Part shown: piece after piece, positions 48,448 through 60,527 of the stretch
Position numbering within the stretch: the stretch's first letter is position 1
Layout: every line of letters begins with the position of its first letter
Assembly: GCA_964234715.1 (NCBI GenBank)
Contig: OZ174279.1
Strand: one strand, 5' to 3'
From: Podarcis melisellensis
Taxonomy: Eukaryota
Length of the DNA stretch: 64,000 bases
Notes under the pieces: generated by a model
The model's database searches: none
Told to the model about the DNA's origin: nothing
What the model saw: only the letters and a program-made list of their open reading frames with translations
Made by a program: the position numbers and the translations under genes

Positions 48448-51400
48448 TCTTACACTTCTTCCTGCCCAGGAGGAGCCAATGGCCACTATGGATGGAATCA
48501 GTCTAGAAAACTCTCATGGAGATGCTGTAGTGATGCGGCTTGCCATATGGGAGCAGTGGTCTAGTCAGTTTTTTGCCTGTCTCTAGAATGTGTTCTAGAA
48601 CTCTTGATAATGCCTCTAGTTTGCCTGGACAGAGGATAGAGAAAGGTGCGGGTGAATGTGTGTAGAAACTAGCCAGCAGTACAAAATTTACATTATTGCT
48701 GCACCCACTTTTGCCTCTGGTATGAGCTCTCTGGAAGGCTGCCCAGGAGGGAATGTGGCTCTGGGGCTGAAAAGCTTCCCCAGCCCTAGTATAAATTGAT
48801 CCTTATTTTTGAAAATCAATTTAACCCATATATTTCTTATTCTAGTAAGAGCTAACATTGCAAGGAATTTAGAAACGGTGCCTCAGCAGCTGAGGTTTCT
48901 TGCTTTAATGGTCCCCAAGTCTCTTAATGAATAAATAAGATGCCAGTAAAAGCAAAATATAAATAGTAGAGTATTCAAAACAAACCTCTGAAGTGTTAAA
49001 ACTGGCCTCAGATACTCTTATATGTTTGCTTCAATAAAATGCTTCTAAAAGTCCCCAAATGCTCAAAGGGGTGGGGGGAAACTAGGTCAGACTCACCCTG
49101 CCTATTTAAACGTAGATCAAAGCATGATCTCAAAGGATGAAAACATCTTTTTAAAAACAACAACAACAGAGCCCAGAGAGATTCTCAAATAAACCTGCAG
49201 AGTTTCTAAAAGGAGTCAATGGAGAGAGGACAAAGTTGGTCCACAATGCACCTCCATGGAAGTACTAAAAGTATCACAATATTTCCAACCTCACAGCTCA
49301 GTTTTCAAAGACATTGCACCAGTGGGAGTGCTACATCTTTAAAGAGATCCCTAGTGGTGGCTACACTTTGAGGACTTACGAGTCTGAAAAGACTAGAAGA
49401 AATTGATGCGGTAAAATAAGCAAGTAACAAATACTGATAGATAGAGACATGAGAGCTGCCTGTAATTGTCAGCTTTGTCCTCTGGGTCCCCTCCTTTAAT
49501 ATCAGAAGCTGACCCATGGCTTTTCAGTGATAAGAAAAAGTACTTTGTACATTTTATTTATTTATTCTAAAAGGAAAATCTAGAGATGGGTGCCAAGAAG
49601 TCATCATGCAACTGGATTGAGGACCCAAAGAAAGAACAGGCTTTACAAGCTATTTTTACATAAACGCATATGCAGGTATCATCATTAGTTCCACATAGAG
49701 TCATTTTCGGCAGGTATAATGTTGAAACGGGGACAATTGTTATGTCACAAAAGTCCACCAAACACAAGCAAAGTCCTCAGGTTCTGCGTATCCACTTAAT
49801 ATATGACCAATGGATGGGTTCCCCCCTCCATGTCTAGTGACAAAAAAGGACCAGGCAGACCTGCTAATGCTTTCTTGTCCAACAGCCTACAAAAACTGAA
49901 GCTGTGACTACATTGGCTTTGAAAATCTCCACCAAGAGTAGTTAAAAAAAAACCAACAACTGTCTAAAAATAACATTTCTCATGGCTGACTGATGACCTG
50001 CCAGTTATCTACAGTTGCATGATCTATTGTAGTAGCAAGCATTAAACAGTGTACGGAATCATGCATATGGCCAGATAACTGGGTTTTAAGAATTAGTATT
50101 CCTAACCAACTTTGGTTAAAATTATTAGCTCTTATATGAGTCATGGGACACAGGAGTTTGAGTTGTGGAGTCAAACTCTTTGGTCTCAGATCCTACAAAT
50201 TTTCACGGTATTATTCCTGACCCCTTGACTGTTTTACTGAACAGTATCAATGATAATTATCAGTTACCAGGTAGATTGCTGATTATCCACTTGTTATGAG
50301 CGTTTGCTCGCTAAATGTTTGTAGCTGTGTCCATTATTTCAGTCCACATATCTGTAGGCATTGATTTAGACACCAGGAGAGGACATATTGTTTAGCTATT
50401 ATCCTTTCTTGTTCATCTTAGTGAGATCAGCATAGCACCATGATTTGCAGCTTAAACTTGGAAGCCGAGACAAAGGTTGATTGAACCTTCTAGAAACAAT
50501 AACCCAGGACCCTTTAAGACAGACTGGATTTTCCCTGCTTTTACCCCTTTTCTCCCCCTTAATACACACATTCTTTGTGAAAAAATTAAAAGTGGTATTT
50601 ACTTACATAATCTACGTCTTGAAGCAGCAATTACAGTAGCAAAATGAAGGCAGGTTTATAGTTACTATCTATAAAAGTACAAAATGCAAGTTCAAAAATG
50701 GTAGCTGAGCTGCAGAGCTCAGACACGCACATGTGGTCAGCTTGGAAGCATGATGAAGAAAGAGGCAGCTGCCAAGGCAGGCAGGAAGGATGTAGTATTA
50801 CAGCTTCCTGCCAAGACAGACAAAGGAAGTGATCTCACAGAGTTCTCTCTAGCAAATTTTACAGAAAAACTCTGTGAGCCTCACAAATTGTTGGTCTGAC
50901 TGTAATAATGCCCCACTATATTGAAGAATAAGTTATGCTATTTTTGAAATAAGCACAGCCCCCATTTGAAGCCCACTGAATGCCATGCATTTAAAAATGC
51001 ATAGCTTCAGGATTATCATATACAAGACATTAAAACCTTGCATATCGTTTTAACCAAAAGTCTGTTTGGGGTCATTACTGAACCTTAACAAAAGCACAAA
51101 TAAATTATCCTTATAAACCTGTGATCGACTAGTGCATGTTCCTTTAAGAATTATGGAGAGAGATTATTTCTGGACATGTTCAGTGGAGAGCTGAAGGCAT
51201 CATTATGGGGTGTGAGTCTATACTAAGAAATGAGTATGATTTCATTGACTGCAGTAAGGAACTGATGGTTACACAGGAGTGATGTCTATTTACCTCCTTT
51301 CTGTATAGCCCTGAATCTCTAGGTGCAGGCTGGTATAGAGACTTTATTTACAAGTCCTATTGTGCCATAGCTAAAGTCCAGGAATGCACACTGTTCAGCT

Positions 51401-52380
51401 ATTTGCAGCAGAATGGTATACATGTCTACTCAGAAGTAAGTCCCTTTGTGTTTAATTGGGCTTGCTCCCAAGTAAGTGAGTACAGGGTTGAAAGATCATA
51501 TACTTTACTACAATTAAACTATTATTAATAAAATTAAATAAAAATTATTCTATAAAGTTTTAAAATCTTGTTAGGTTTATTAGTTACTTTTGCCACTAGG
51601 GACATTGGAGAGAAGGAACAGGTTGTTATTAGTTTTTATTTTTACTAAACCAGTAAGAAAAAATATATTAAATCTGTGCTTTTCCTTAATATTTTACCTG
51701 TTAAAGGAAAGTAGTAAAAAAAACAAAAACAAAAACTGAACATAGAACATTCTGCTTTCTGCAGCCCCACTCTCAGTGGCTACAGGCCTAAACTCAGTCC
51801 TTTTAGGAAATAATAGCTTGTCACACACTATCCTGAGAATAAGCTCAACTGAACACAACTGGGACTCATGCATATAAAATACGCATTGGTTGAAGCCTTG
51901 AAGCTATATTAATTTTCAGGGTGGGGTGGGGTCTGAAAGACATGGTCTTCTATAGCACAAAGATACAAGGCACCTTCCCCACTTACGTGGGAGCTACGTT
52001 CCCGGATACCACACATATACATGAAATTGTGTATAGCGGAGAACATAATAAAAAAGCCAGTAAACACTTGTATATTTGTTGCTGTTTAATCTTGGAAAAG
52101 GAAAGAAAATAAATAAAGTGTGTGTGTGTCTACATATTAATGTAGATCTACATATTAATGAAAACAAATCTGAATAGAAAGTAATGGCAACACCAGTCAT
52201 GACTTTCTGGAAATTAACATATGCTTATTTTTGGTTTTGAAAACACCCTATTTCCATTTGAAATATATTTGCCCCTGCATGACTGACAGAACATACACTT
52301 ATCTCTGGAAAAGAACACCATGATTTGAGAGAAACAGTAGTTTTTGAAAACAGAATTATTCTGCATCTAATAGGTAACAC

Positions 52381-52740
52381 TAAAGGTAAAGGACTCCTCT
52401 AACAGTTAAGTCTAGTCGCTGACAACATCTCGCTTTACAGGCTGAGGGAGCCAGTGTTTGTCCACAGACAGTTTTTCCAGGTTATTAGGTTATTTGGCCA
52501 GCATGACTAAGCCGCTTCTGGCGCAATAGAACACTGAAACCAGAGCAGCACACGGAAACACCATTTACCTTCCCGCGGGAGCGGTACCTATTTATCTACT
52601 TGCACGTTTGGGCGTGCTTTCGAACTGCTAGGTTGACAAGAGCTGGGACTGAGCAACAGCTGATGGGATTCGAACCGCTGACATTCTGATCAGCAAGCCC
52701 AAGAGGCTCAGTGGTTTAGACCACAGCGCCACCCGCATCC
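52381..52740 (-). mobile_element. Sauria SINE, minus strand, internally deleted
   Basis: Begins TAAAGGTAAAGG (tail), contains GGTACCTATTTATCTACTTGCAC and TTTCGAACTGCTAGG, ends CCACAGCGCCACCCGCATCC (head). Confidence 0.92.
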
Positions 52741-53321
52741 AAGGAACACCAAGGACAATATTTATGGTGCTTTTTAGTTCAACCTTTCAGATACTCCTGA
52801 AAAGAACATGAAGCATCATTGTGCAAGAACCAGTGCTTTAAAACTTGGTTGCAATTAGATTTTAAACATACTGGCAGGCACCTCTATAAAATACAGCTTA
52901 CCCCTGAGCTGTGTCAATATAAATCACTTAGCAGACTCAGGCCAGCTTGAATTTGATTCTGAAAAATGCCACTGGCTTTAGGATCCTAAATCCTATGATT
53001 GCTTTTATATATATTTAACTGCAACAAGCACAGCCAAGGTTCTAAGCCCAAATGTGACCTACTTTAATACAGTTACAAAAGCAAAAATTCCCCTAATGTT
53101 CTATTTGCTTCTCTCATTTATTATGTTTCACTTTTGAAAAGCCTTTCGGTATAGAGCATCTAGTGATGTCTGTGGAAGTTCTACTTCAAAGAAAATGTCA
53201 AAAACAAAACAAAGGTACATGCTGTACTGGATAAGACTGAAATCATTCCAGGTCCATTTTTTTTAGGCTTTGCTATTATGTGGAAAGGGCATACTCTGAA
53301 GGTACGTGATGCAGCCCGTTT

Positions 53322-53428
53322 ACTAAGTAGGTCTAGTTATGCTCAATATCGTGGATGGGAGACCACATGGAACACCATCTATGTTGCCTTGAATTCTTTG
53401 GTATAAACAAGGTGGGATATAAATGTAT
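53322..53428 (+). mobile_element. Decayed SINE-like element with a 5S rRNA-like segment and L2-like tail
   Basis: CTAAGTAGG...TGGATGGGAGACC (53352-53364, identical to the 5S box C region) followed by GCCTTGA...AGGTGGGATATAAATGTA. Confidence 0.5.
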
Positions 53429-55357
53429 AGGAGACAGATCTATCGGATTGCATACCAAGTGAAAACTAAATGCTTAGCAATAACCTCAAATGAGCAAATT
53501 GTGTCTCTGGGAAATAATGGTTGGTAAAGGAATTAACTGCTTTTGAATGGGCCACCCTTCTGTGTGTAAATCTTGCTGAACTTCACGGGACATTAGGCTG
53601 ACATTTGGTAAGAGCAGGACATTTTTTGAAGTGGCATTTTAAGTGACTCCCTCCTTTTGGAATCTGGTGCTATTGTGGATGTCTGCCAAAGCCTTTTTAA
53701 TTCACTGGACATTTGGATTTGTGGCATGCACAGCTGTGTGTGCATGTGTGTGTATGCATATAGGTAGATACATAGGTTTTTTTTTATATTGTATTTCAAA
53801 TACATCATGGTTCCTAAATGGCTTTGAGAGTGTTTCAGGTTGAAAGGTGAGATTAAAACATGGAATAAATTGGAAAGAATTACTGAATAAGGACTAAATA
53901 TGCATAGAATTAGCTTGTTAAGCTTGCATTTCCTGCATAGGGTGCCTGTTGGTTTCTGAATAACATCTAGCCATAAAATTGGAGCATAGGGAAAGTCTAT
54001 TCACCAAGCCAGTCTATCCTGTATAAAGAAAGGCGCACAAATAAAATGGAAGCCAACTGTGTGTCTAATTACCCTGGCTCCAGCCTTCCCAGTCCGCTTA
54101 CTTCTGAATGCAAACATAAGTACCCTTCATCTTCTGATTTGCATATAAGTTGGTAGAATGAATCAGGAAGTGAATTGGAAGAGTCAACAACCCTTAACAA
54201 AATCAAGAGCTCTCTCTCTTTAATCTGGAGATATGTGATCAGTAGCAGGCCAATTAACTCCATAGTCTTCTCCCTTTCAGACAACAGTTCTGAGGTAACA
54301 ATGAGAATACAGAGCAGGGCAGGATTGTGATGGCAATCCTCAACCCCAAACAGTGTATGTTCAGTACACATATTATATGTAACCTTATACAGGTGTTAAA
54401 ATCTCACCCAATAAGGGTAGAGAATGGGAAGGAGCCCATCAATCTGGCCCTATCTGTTGCATTTTCACCACTGGCCATCACTTTTCATACGCTGAGAAGG
54501 GAGCTCCTCCTGTGTAAAGCCTTCTCGGCTTAGGTTGGCTCCTCATATGATTTGAGAACGTTGAAAATTCAGGGTTCTAATCATGCAAGGAGCATTCATG
54601 AGTACAGCAGGCTTCTTGCTGCAAAAGGTCCCTTCCCAGCACATGGAAGGCAATAAAGCCAAAAACAGGGATACAGTGAATAGACCAATGGCCTTGTCCC
54701 CACTCATTATGCAAAGGGAAACATGATGGAATTTTGTGTACAGAAAATGAGCACACACCCATTCATATGAGCACATACAGCTTGTGGTTGCATAGTTTGC
54801 AGGCATTGTTCAAGGGCAAGGCCTGCCTGTGCAATCCCACTCCACCCCAAAACATGTTCACTTGCTTCAGAGTTGTCATCTGTTGGTGGCAGCCTGGCAT
54901 CCCCCACAGTGCCTTGTTTCATTCCCGAGTACTCTGGAGCTCTGCATAACAATTCAGAGAAAACAACTTTTGGATCTTGATTGTGCTTAAGAAGTCCTAA
55001 GCAGCATACCAGCCAATTTGATTGAGAAACAAAGGGTGAACGTGATTGTTGCTAGCAACATTAGTGCTTCCTGGTACAGATTATTTCATCAGGATGTACA
55101 AAAAATTGTATAAACAGCTTTGCATAATGAGAATTCTTGGTTAGGCCTCTAATCAAACTGCTGATACTCTAATTAACTGAATACTCTGCCAATGTAATAA
55201 ATATTCTTTCGGTTTAACATTCATTTGGGCTATGGGTGCCAGTATACAATTTCAGCTCAGCATTAAAACAGTTATCAAATAAAGTTGTAGTTTTTAAAAC
55301 AAGCATTTTGTGTGTCGTCGTGACAGTTTAATGTTATCATTGAAAGCTCACTGTAAC

Positions 55358-55376
55358 TGTCCACCAGGTGGAACCG
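55358..55376 (+). promoter_or_regulatory. Candidate CTCF site
   Basis: TGTCCACCAGGTGGAACCG matches the CCACCAGGTGGC core with a mismatch at the 3' end; lies in apparently non-repetitive DNA. Confidence 0.4.
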
Positions 55377-57968
55377 ATCTCCAAAGCTTATAAAGAAAAA
55401 ATTCCCCAGCAGTTCCTCCAATTATTACTTCTCTCATAGAAAAAAAAAGTTGACTCCACATATTGCTTTTCTCTATACCTTCCTAATTTTAGTTTCCTAT
55501 GAGTAAAACCTCAAATCAGTTCTTAGGGGAAAAGAAAGTGTGACATCTGCAGCACAGATGGCAGCCATTCACTGCGGCTGCTTAAATTGTGCTTTTCATC
55601 TGACCTGGCACAGTAAGGCTGTGACACCAGCTTCACTGAAGTAGTAAAGCAACATCCTACTTCTCAGCAGTGAGAAGCATCCTTCCCTTTTTTTTAATGT
55701 TTCTGGAAAATTCAAAAGACCAGCTACTCATATTTAGGCTTTCTGTCTTGCAGCTTGATGTAAGACAATGGAAAGGAAGTTTGTTAAATTATGCTTATCT
55801 GTTCTCTTACCTTTTATTCCTTCCTTCGGGAAAAGTATTTATTTCATATATATTTTTTGTTTCTTTGAAATATAAGGTAGCTTTCAGGAGCCATGGGGGA
55901 GGATTTCATTTGATCCACTTTCCACAGTGAACCACTCTGATCCAACACACTGAATATGCTTGTAGACAACTCCTAGTCACATTAGGCACTCCTCCAGATT
56001 TCACAATGCATTTTGGTGCACCCAAAAAGGGTAAAAGATGTGCAAAAGATGCATAAAATGTATTCACTGGTAAGTGCATTGGAAAGAATTGGAAAATGCA
56101 TAATTTAAGTGAAAATATGTGCACAATGGAATGAGGTGGAATAATACACAACCGAACAGACTGTAATGAATGGAACAGGAGGGAAGGGGTCACCATGGTG
56201 GGCAGGATTCCAAAATTTAAGAATACAGCAGATCCAAATAGAAAAGCTACAGAACCAGCCATCCAATTGGCTTCCGTTTTATTCGTGTCCCTATTTCAAG
56301 ATTCTAGGTGATATTAAGGTTGCCACACCTACCAGTTGAACAAACCCACACTGTCCATCACCTATATCTAGATTATGCATTGTTTTTCATCTGGGAGTGG
56401 TTCTGAGACAAAACTAGGATACCTGGGTAAATAACCCTCCATAGCATGTGGAATAGAAATTGCAGGGGGGAAATTAAAAGCTAGGACTTGGATTTAAAAA
56501 CATTATCTGTCAAAGCTATTCAGTAGGAGAAAAACAAAGAAAATAAAGCAAATGTCAAACCGTTTGTGAAGTGCTACACAATGTGGAAAACAAAGAGCTA
56601 CAAAGAGCTACGCTAGGTATGTGACATAAACTTCATCAGACCTCAGAATATGTGATGCTTCTACTACCTTTCTGCGCTTAAGAGTCACTAAAAACATATT
56701 AACAGATAATTGCTCAGCTAGACATTTGCTAAAGACAAAACAGATGGAGCTTTTACATTGTCTGTTGTCATGGATTCTATTTTTCTCCTTCCTTTATATC
56801 TTATTATCTTATTACTACTTATATGACACCAACTGTGCACAAAATGCACATACCACATCACAGAGAACTTACAGTATTTTGTTTTATCTTATTTTTAGGT
56901 GGTTGAATGCTCCCCTAAAGCTTCTTGCTCACTGATAGCTAGTATGTGGGAGAGGAGGATTTAGTCTTTTTGTCCCTGATGTCCTAACTTTTTGCCTGCA
57001 AGGAGTTAGTAGGCTCATTCATAGTATTACTTCAATAAGCAAATGAAGTTGTGTCTAAAGCCCAATTAAGCACGACAAGGGTATTTATTTAACAGGATAC
57101 ATATCACAATAATTTGCATATTTACTCAGAACTAAAACTCACTGTGTCAAATGGAACATACTTCTTAGTAAGACTGCAGCCTGAGAAAGCTAAAGTCCAC
57201 TTTTAATCAGTTTCTAAGTTACGTTAGTATCTGGGAGGAAACAAAATTTATGCAGGAAATATTTTCAGTTAACCAATGTGTTCTGCTGTCTTACAACCTC
57301 CCTTATAAACCCATTCCAGCTACATACTTCTCGATGTACCTGTTCCCATCTCATCTATGCCCTTGTGATTCTGCAGCATCTCCAAACAATTCAAGAGGGT
57401 TATTTGGATTTTATACCAGAGCAAAATGTGATCCTGTCATTGTAAAATATGGTCTTACTTAGTGTTCTTCCATCTCATGTACTATTTGCTTGCAATTCAT
57501 TCTTTGGAGTCCACAGTATACACAAAATTGAGCTGCATTTCTTCCATCTTATATGGCTTAATTCAGTTCAAGAGGAATGGCGCCAACCCAGCATTTCAGC
57601 TTCTGCTTGTTAGTTAGTTCTTCAGCAGGTCTCGGCCACAGAGTGGTGGGTTTTTAATGAGCTTTTCCAAAAGACTGAGGTTTCAGTGAGGTGCATTCTA
57701 TTTGTTTCACCTCTGTTCGACTCCTACCACTGTTCAGTGCCTCATACAAATGCAGAGTGTCACAGAAGGAATTTTCACACTTCCTATCATTGCTTTCTAG
57801 TACAGTTGAAATCCAGAGACAAGCTATGGTCACACAAAAACCCAAAGCAAAATGAGACTTGAGGATTTAACTGAAGACGAACTCAGCACCATGGAGGAAA
57901 AAAGAGGAAATAATAGCCACCAAAAGGTGTAGCTGAGGTATATTCCTTTCTATTTTATTCATAGGAAT

Positions 57969-58127
57969 GGCTGTAGCTCAGGTAGAGCATCTGCTTTCCG
58001 TGCAGAAGTTTCAATGTTCAATCTCTGGTATCTCTAAAGAGGGCTTGGAAAGACTCCTCTCTGAAACCCTGGAAAGCTGCTGCCAGTCAGTGTAGATAAT
58101 ATTAAACTAAATGGACCAAAGTATAAG
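57969..58127 (+). mobile_element. Squam3-like tRNA-derived SINE
   Basis: GGCTGTAGCTCAGGTAGAGCATCTGCTTT...GTTCAATCTCTGG...CTGAAACCCTGGAAAGCTGCTGCCAGTCAGTGTAGA. Confidence 0.8.
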
Positions 58128-59055
58128 AAGAGGTACACCAAGGCCTAAAAATGTGTCACTTTAGTGGCTGGTTTTCGTGCTATTTACCCTATAAAGGATG
58201 AGGATGGTGCTCAATGCACTTCCTGTGTGTTTTTCAGGCAGAAAGCACACTTATTTAGAGTCAACTACACTGCAAGAAAACAGCCAACTTAAAATGTTCT
58301 CCTAAAAGGTTCATTGGGCTCGTAATTGGCTCAGGAGACTTACAGTATATATATAGACTGCAGCTATATCAGGATACCATTTTCGCTAAGTCTAATCCAG
58401 AGCTGATGTTGTAATGTCATGATTCGCAAGCAGTGGGCTTTGATTTCCCCTTCCACTATTTCCTACTCTGCCAAGGAAACTGAAGTTAAGACACCAACTT
58501 GGCATCACTGGGAAGTGAGGGCTTCTAGTCATCCCATGATAAGACATCTTGAATATTCCAATTATAGCTAACTTAGAGCAATCATGACAACGCTTGGATC
58601 TATCCCATCATGCAGAATTGGATCAAACACACACAAACCTCACAGCTCTTTCTACCTTCCCTTGTTATATCATAGCAGAAAATCTGTCTACATCTCCTTG
58701 ATTTGATTGCCTAGTTTTATTTCACAGCACGCTTGAACTCTTTGATGTAAAGGAGTATATAAGCATATAAAAGAGGTAGGTGCATCATTGCTTCTTTTTT
58801 CATTCATTAGGGCTGAAAAATCATTGGTCCATTCTTACAGAGAGTAACAAAAAGCCATTCAGCTTTTATTGTCGTTTCATAAAATATAAATGAGATGAAG
58901 CAGCACAAAGAAATATTAAGTTACAATTTGCTTTGCATTCAGTGAATCCCATGCTTCAAGGTTAAGGTAAGGAGCTGAGATTTATGTCAAAACTAGATTT
59001 TCATCAGACTACTTTACTGTGAGTAGTTTGTGTCTTGCAGCCTTTGGCTCTTATC

Positions 59056-59377
59056 CAGGGGTAGGCAAACTAAGGCCTGTGGGCAGGATCCAGCCCAATC
59101 GCCTTCTAAATCCGGCCCACGGACGGTCAGGGAATCAGCATATTTTTACATGAGTAGAATGTGTCCTTTTATTTAAAATACATCTCTAGGTTATTTGTGG
59201 GGCCCGCCTGGTGTTTTTACATGAGTAGAATGTGTGCATTTATTTAAAATGCTTCTCTGTGTTATTTGTGGGGCGTAGGAATTCATTCATATATATTTTT
59301 CAAAATATAGTCCAGCCCCGCACCAGGTCTGAGGTATAGTGGACGGGCCCCCTGCTGAAAAACTTTGCTGACCTCTG
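59056..59377. mobile_element. hAT-Charlie-type MITE, uninterrupted copy (322 bp)
   Basis: TIRs CAGGGGTAGGCAAACT / ACTTTGCTGACCTCTG; CTTATC on both flanks; internal ~72-bp tandem duplication. Confidence 0.9.
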
Positions 59378-59729
59378 CTTATCCAATGGGCAACTCTGTG
59401 TGTGGAGAATTGGTGGGAGGAGCTATCCTCTCTGACTGTCTTAATAGGGAAGCTTTTGTAGTTGTGGGACCTGCTTCTCTCTAAGCTCCCACATTTTTAA
59501 TATGCATCATAAAATATGAAGGACCAATTTACCACAAGAAGCATGTAGCAAAATTTTTCATCAAGGGATTTGTGAAACAAAGAAACACAAACATACTTCC
59601 TATAGAGTGGTGGAGTTTCCAGGAAAAGGAAAGTCACAGCTGAGGCGTTAAAACAGAAAACATCCTGCTAGGAACCACAAACAGTATTAAATACCCTGTG
59701 TGTTTTCTTTAATGTGTGGTGTGGATGGG

Positions 59730-60434
59730 TTTTAAACACTAGCATGAGCACCTGGAATTGGGTCTGAAAACAAACTGGGAACCAGAGCAGCTGTTTTAAA
59801 TCAGGGGTTAAATGAGATCTAAATTGAACCCCCGTCACTAATCTGGTTGTTGGAGTTTGGTCCAACTGAAGATTCCAAGTCATTTTCAAGGCAAGCACTT
59901 TGCAATAATCTAATCCAAACGTTACTGGAGCATGCAGTACAGTGATCAAATCATTGCTGTCCAAAGTGAGCTGTAGCTGGCGAACAAGCCAGAACTAAAA
60001 AAAGCCACTCCTAGCTATTGAGGTCACATGAACTTCCAGCAAGTTTGAATTCAAAAGCACCCCAAGCTGTGAACCTGCTTCCCCAGGAGAGTTCAACCCC
60101 ATCCAGGGCAGGTCACCTCCCCATCTCCTGGACATGAGAAATCAGGACACATAACACCTCTGCCTTCAGTTTATTGGTCCAAACACAAGCCTAATACTGC
60201 CTCCAAACACTGAGAGAACATAGGATAACTCCCATGGTTTTGAACAGTTGCCTCCCATTACTACTCTCTGGAGGTAGGAGCAGTAGGTCAACAGTACTGA
60301 ATTCTGCCAAGAGATCAAGAGAATGAACAGCATTGACTCCCCCATCTCTCACCTGATAAATGCTATCAACAAGTGTGACCAATGCAGTTTCAGTGCCATA
60401 ACCAAGCCTGAAGCCAGAATGGAATGGATCCAAA
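59730..60434 (-). mobile_element. L2 LINE reverse transcriptase remnants (pseudogenised, internally deleted)
   Basis: ORF-track peptides YLDPFHSGFRLGYGTETALVTLVD...DLLAEFSTVD and LHAPVTFGLDYC...LQLDQ...HLTPDLKQLLWFPV match the L2 RT motifs QSGFR...TETAL, DLSAAFDT, LDYCN and HITP.L..LHWLP. Confidence 0.9.
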
Positions 60435-60436
60435 TA

Positions 60437-60527
60437 CCGTATTGGCCCGAATATAAGCAGCACCCGAATATAAGCCACATATTTAAAAGACATGGGGTGG
60501 GGGGAGACAATACCCGAATATAAGCAG
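60437..60527. mobile_element. One end of a Tc1/mariner-type element abutting the L2 remnant
   Basis: TA|CCGTATTGGCCCGAATATAAGC with three CCCGAATATAAGC repeats; the other TIR was not found. Confidence 0.7.

Noticed and set aside
53322-53380. Functional 5S rRNA gene
   Set aside because: Only a short part matches; the 5' half and terminator are absent.
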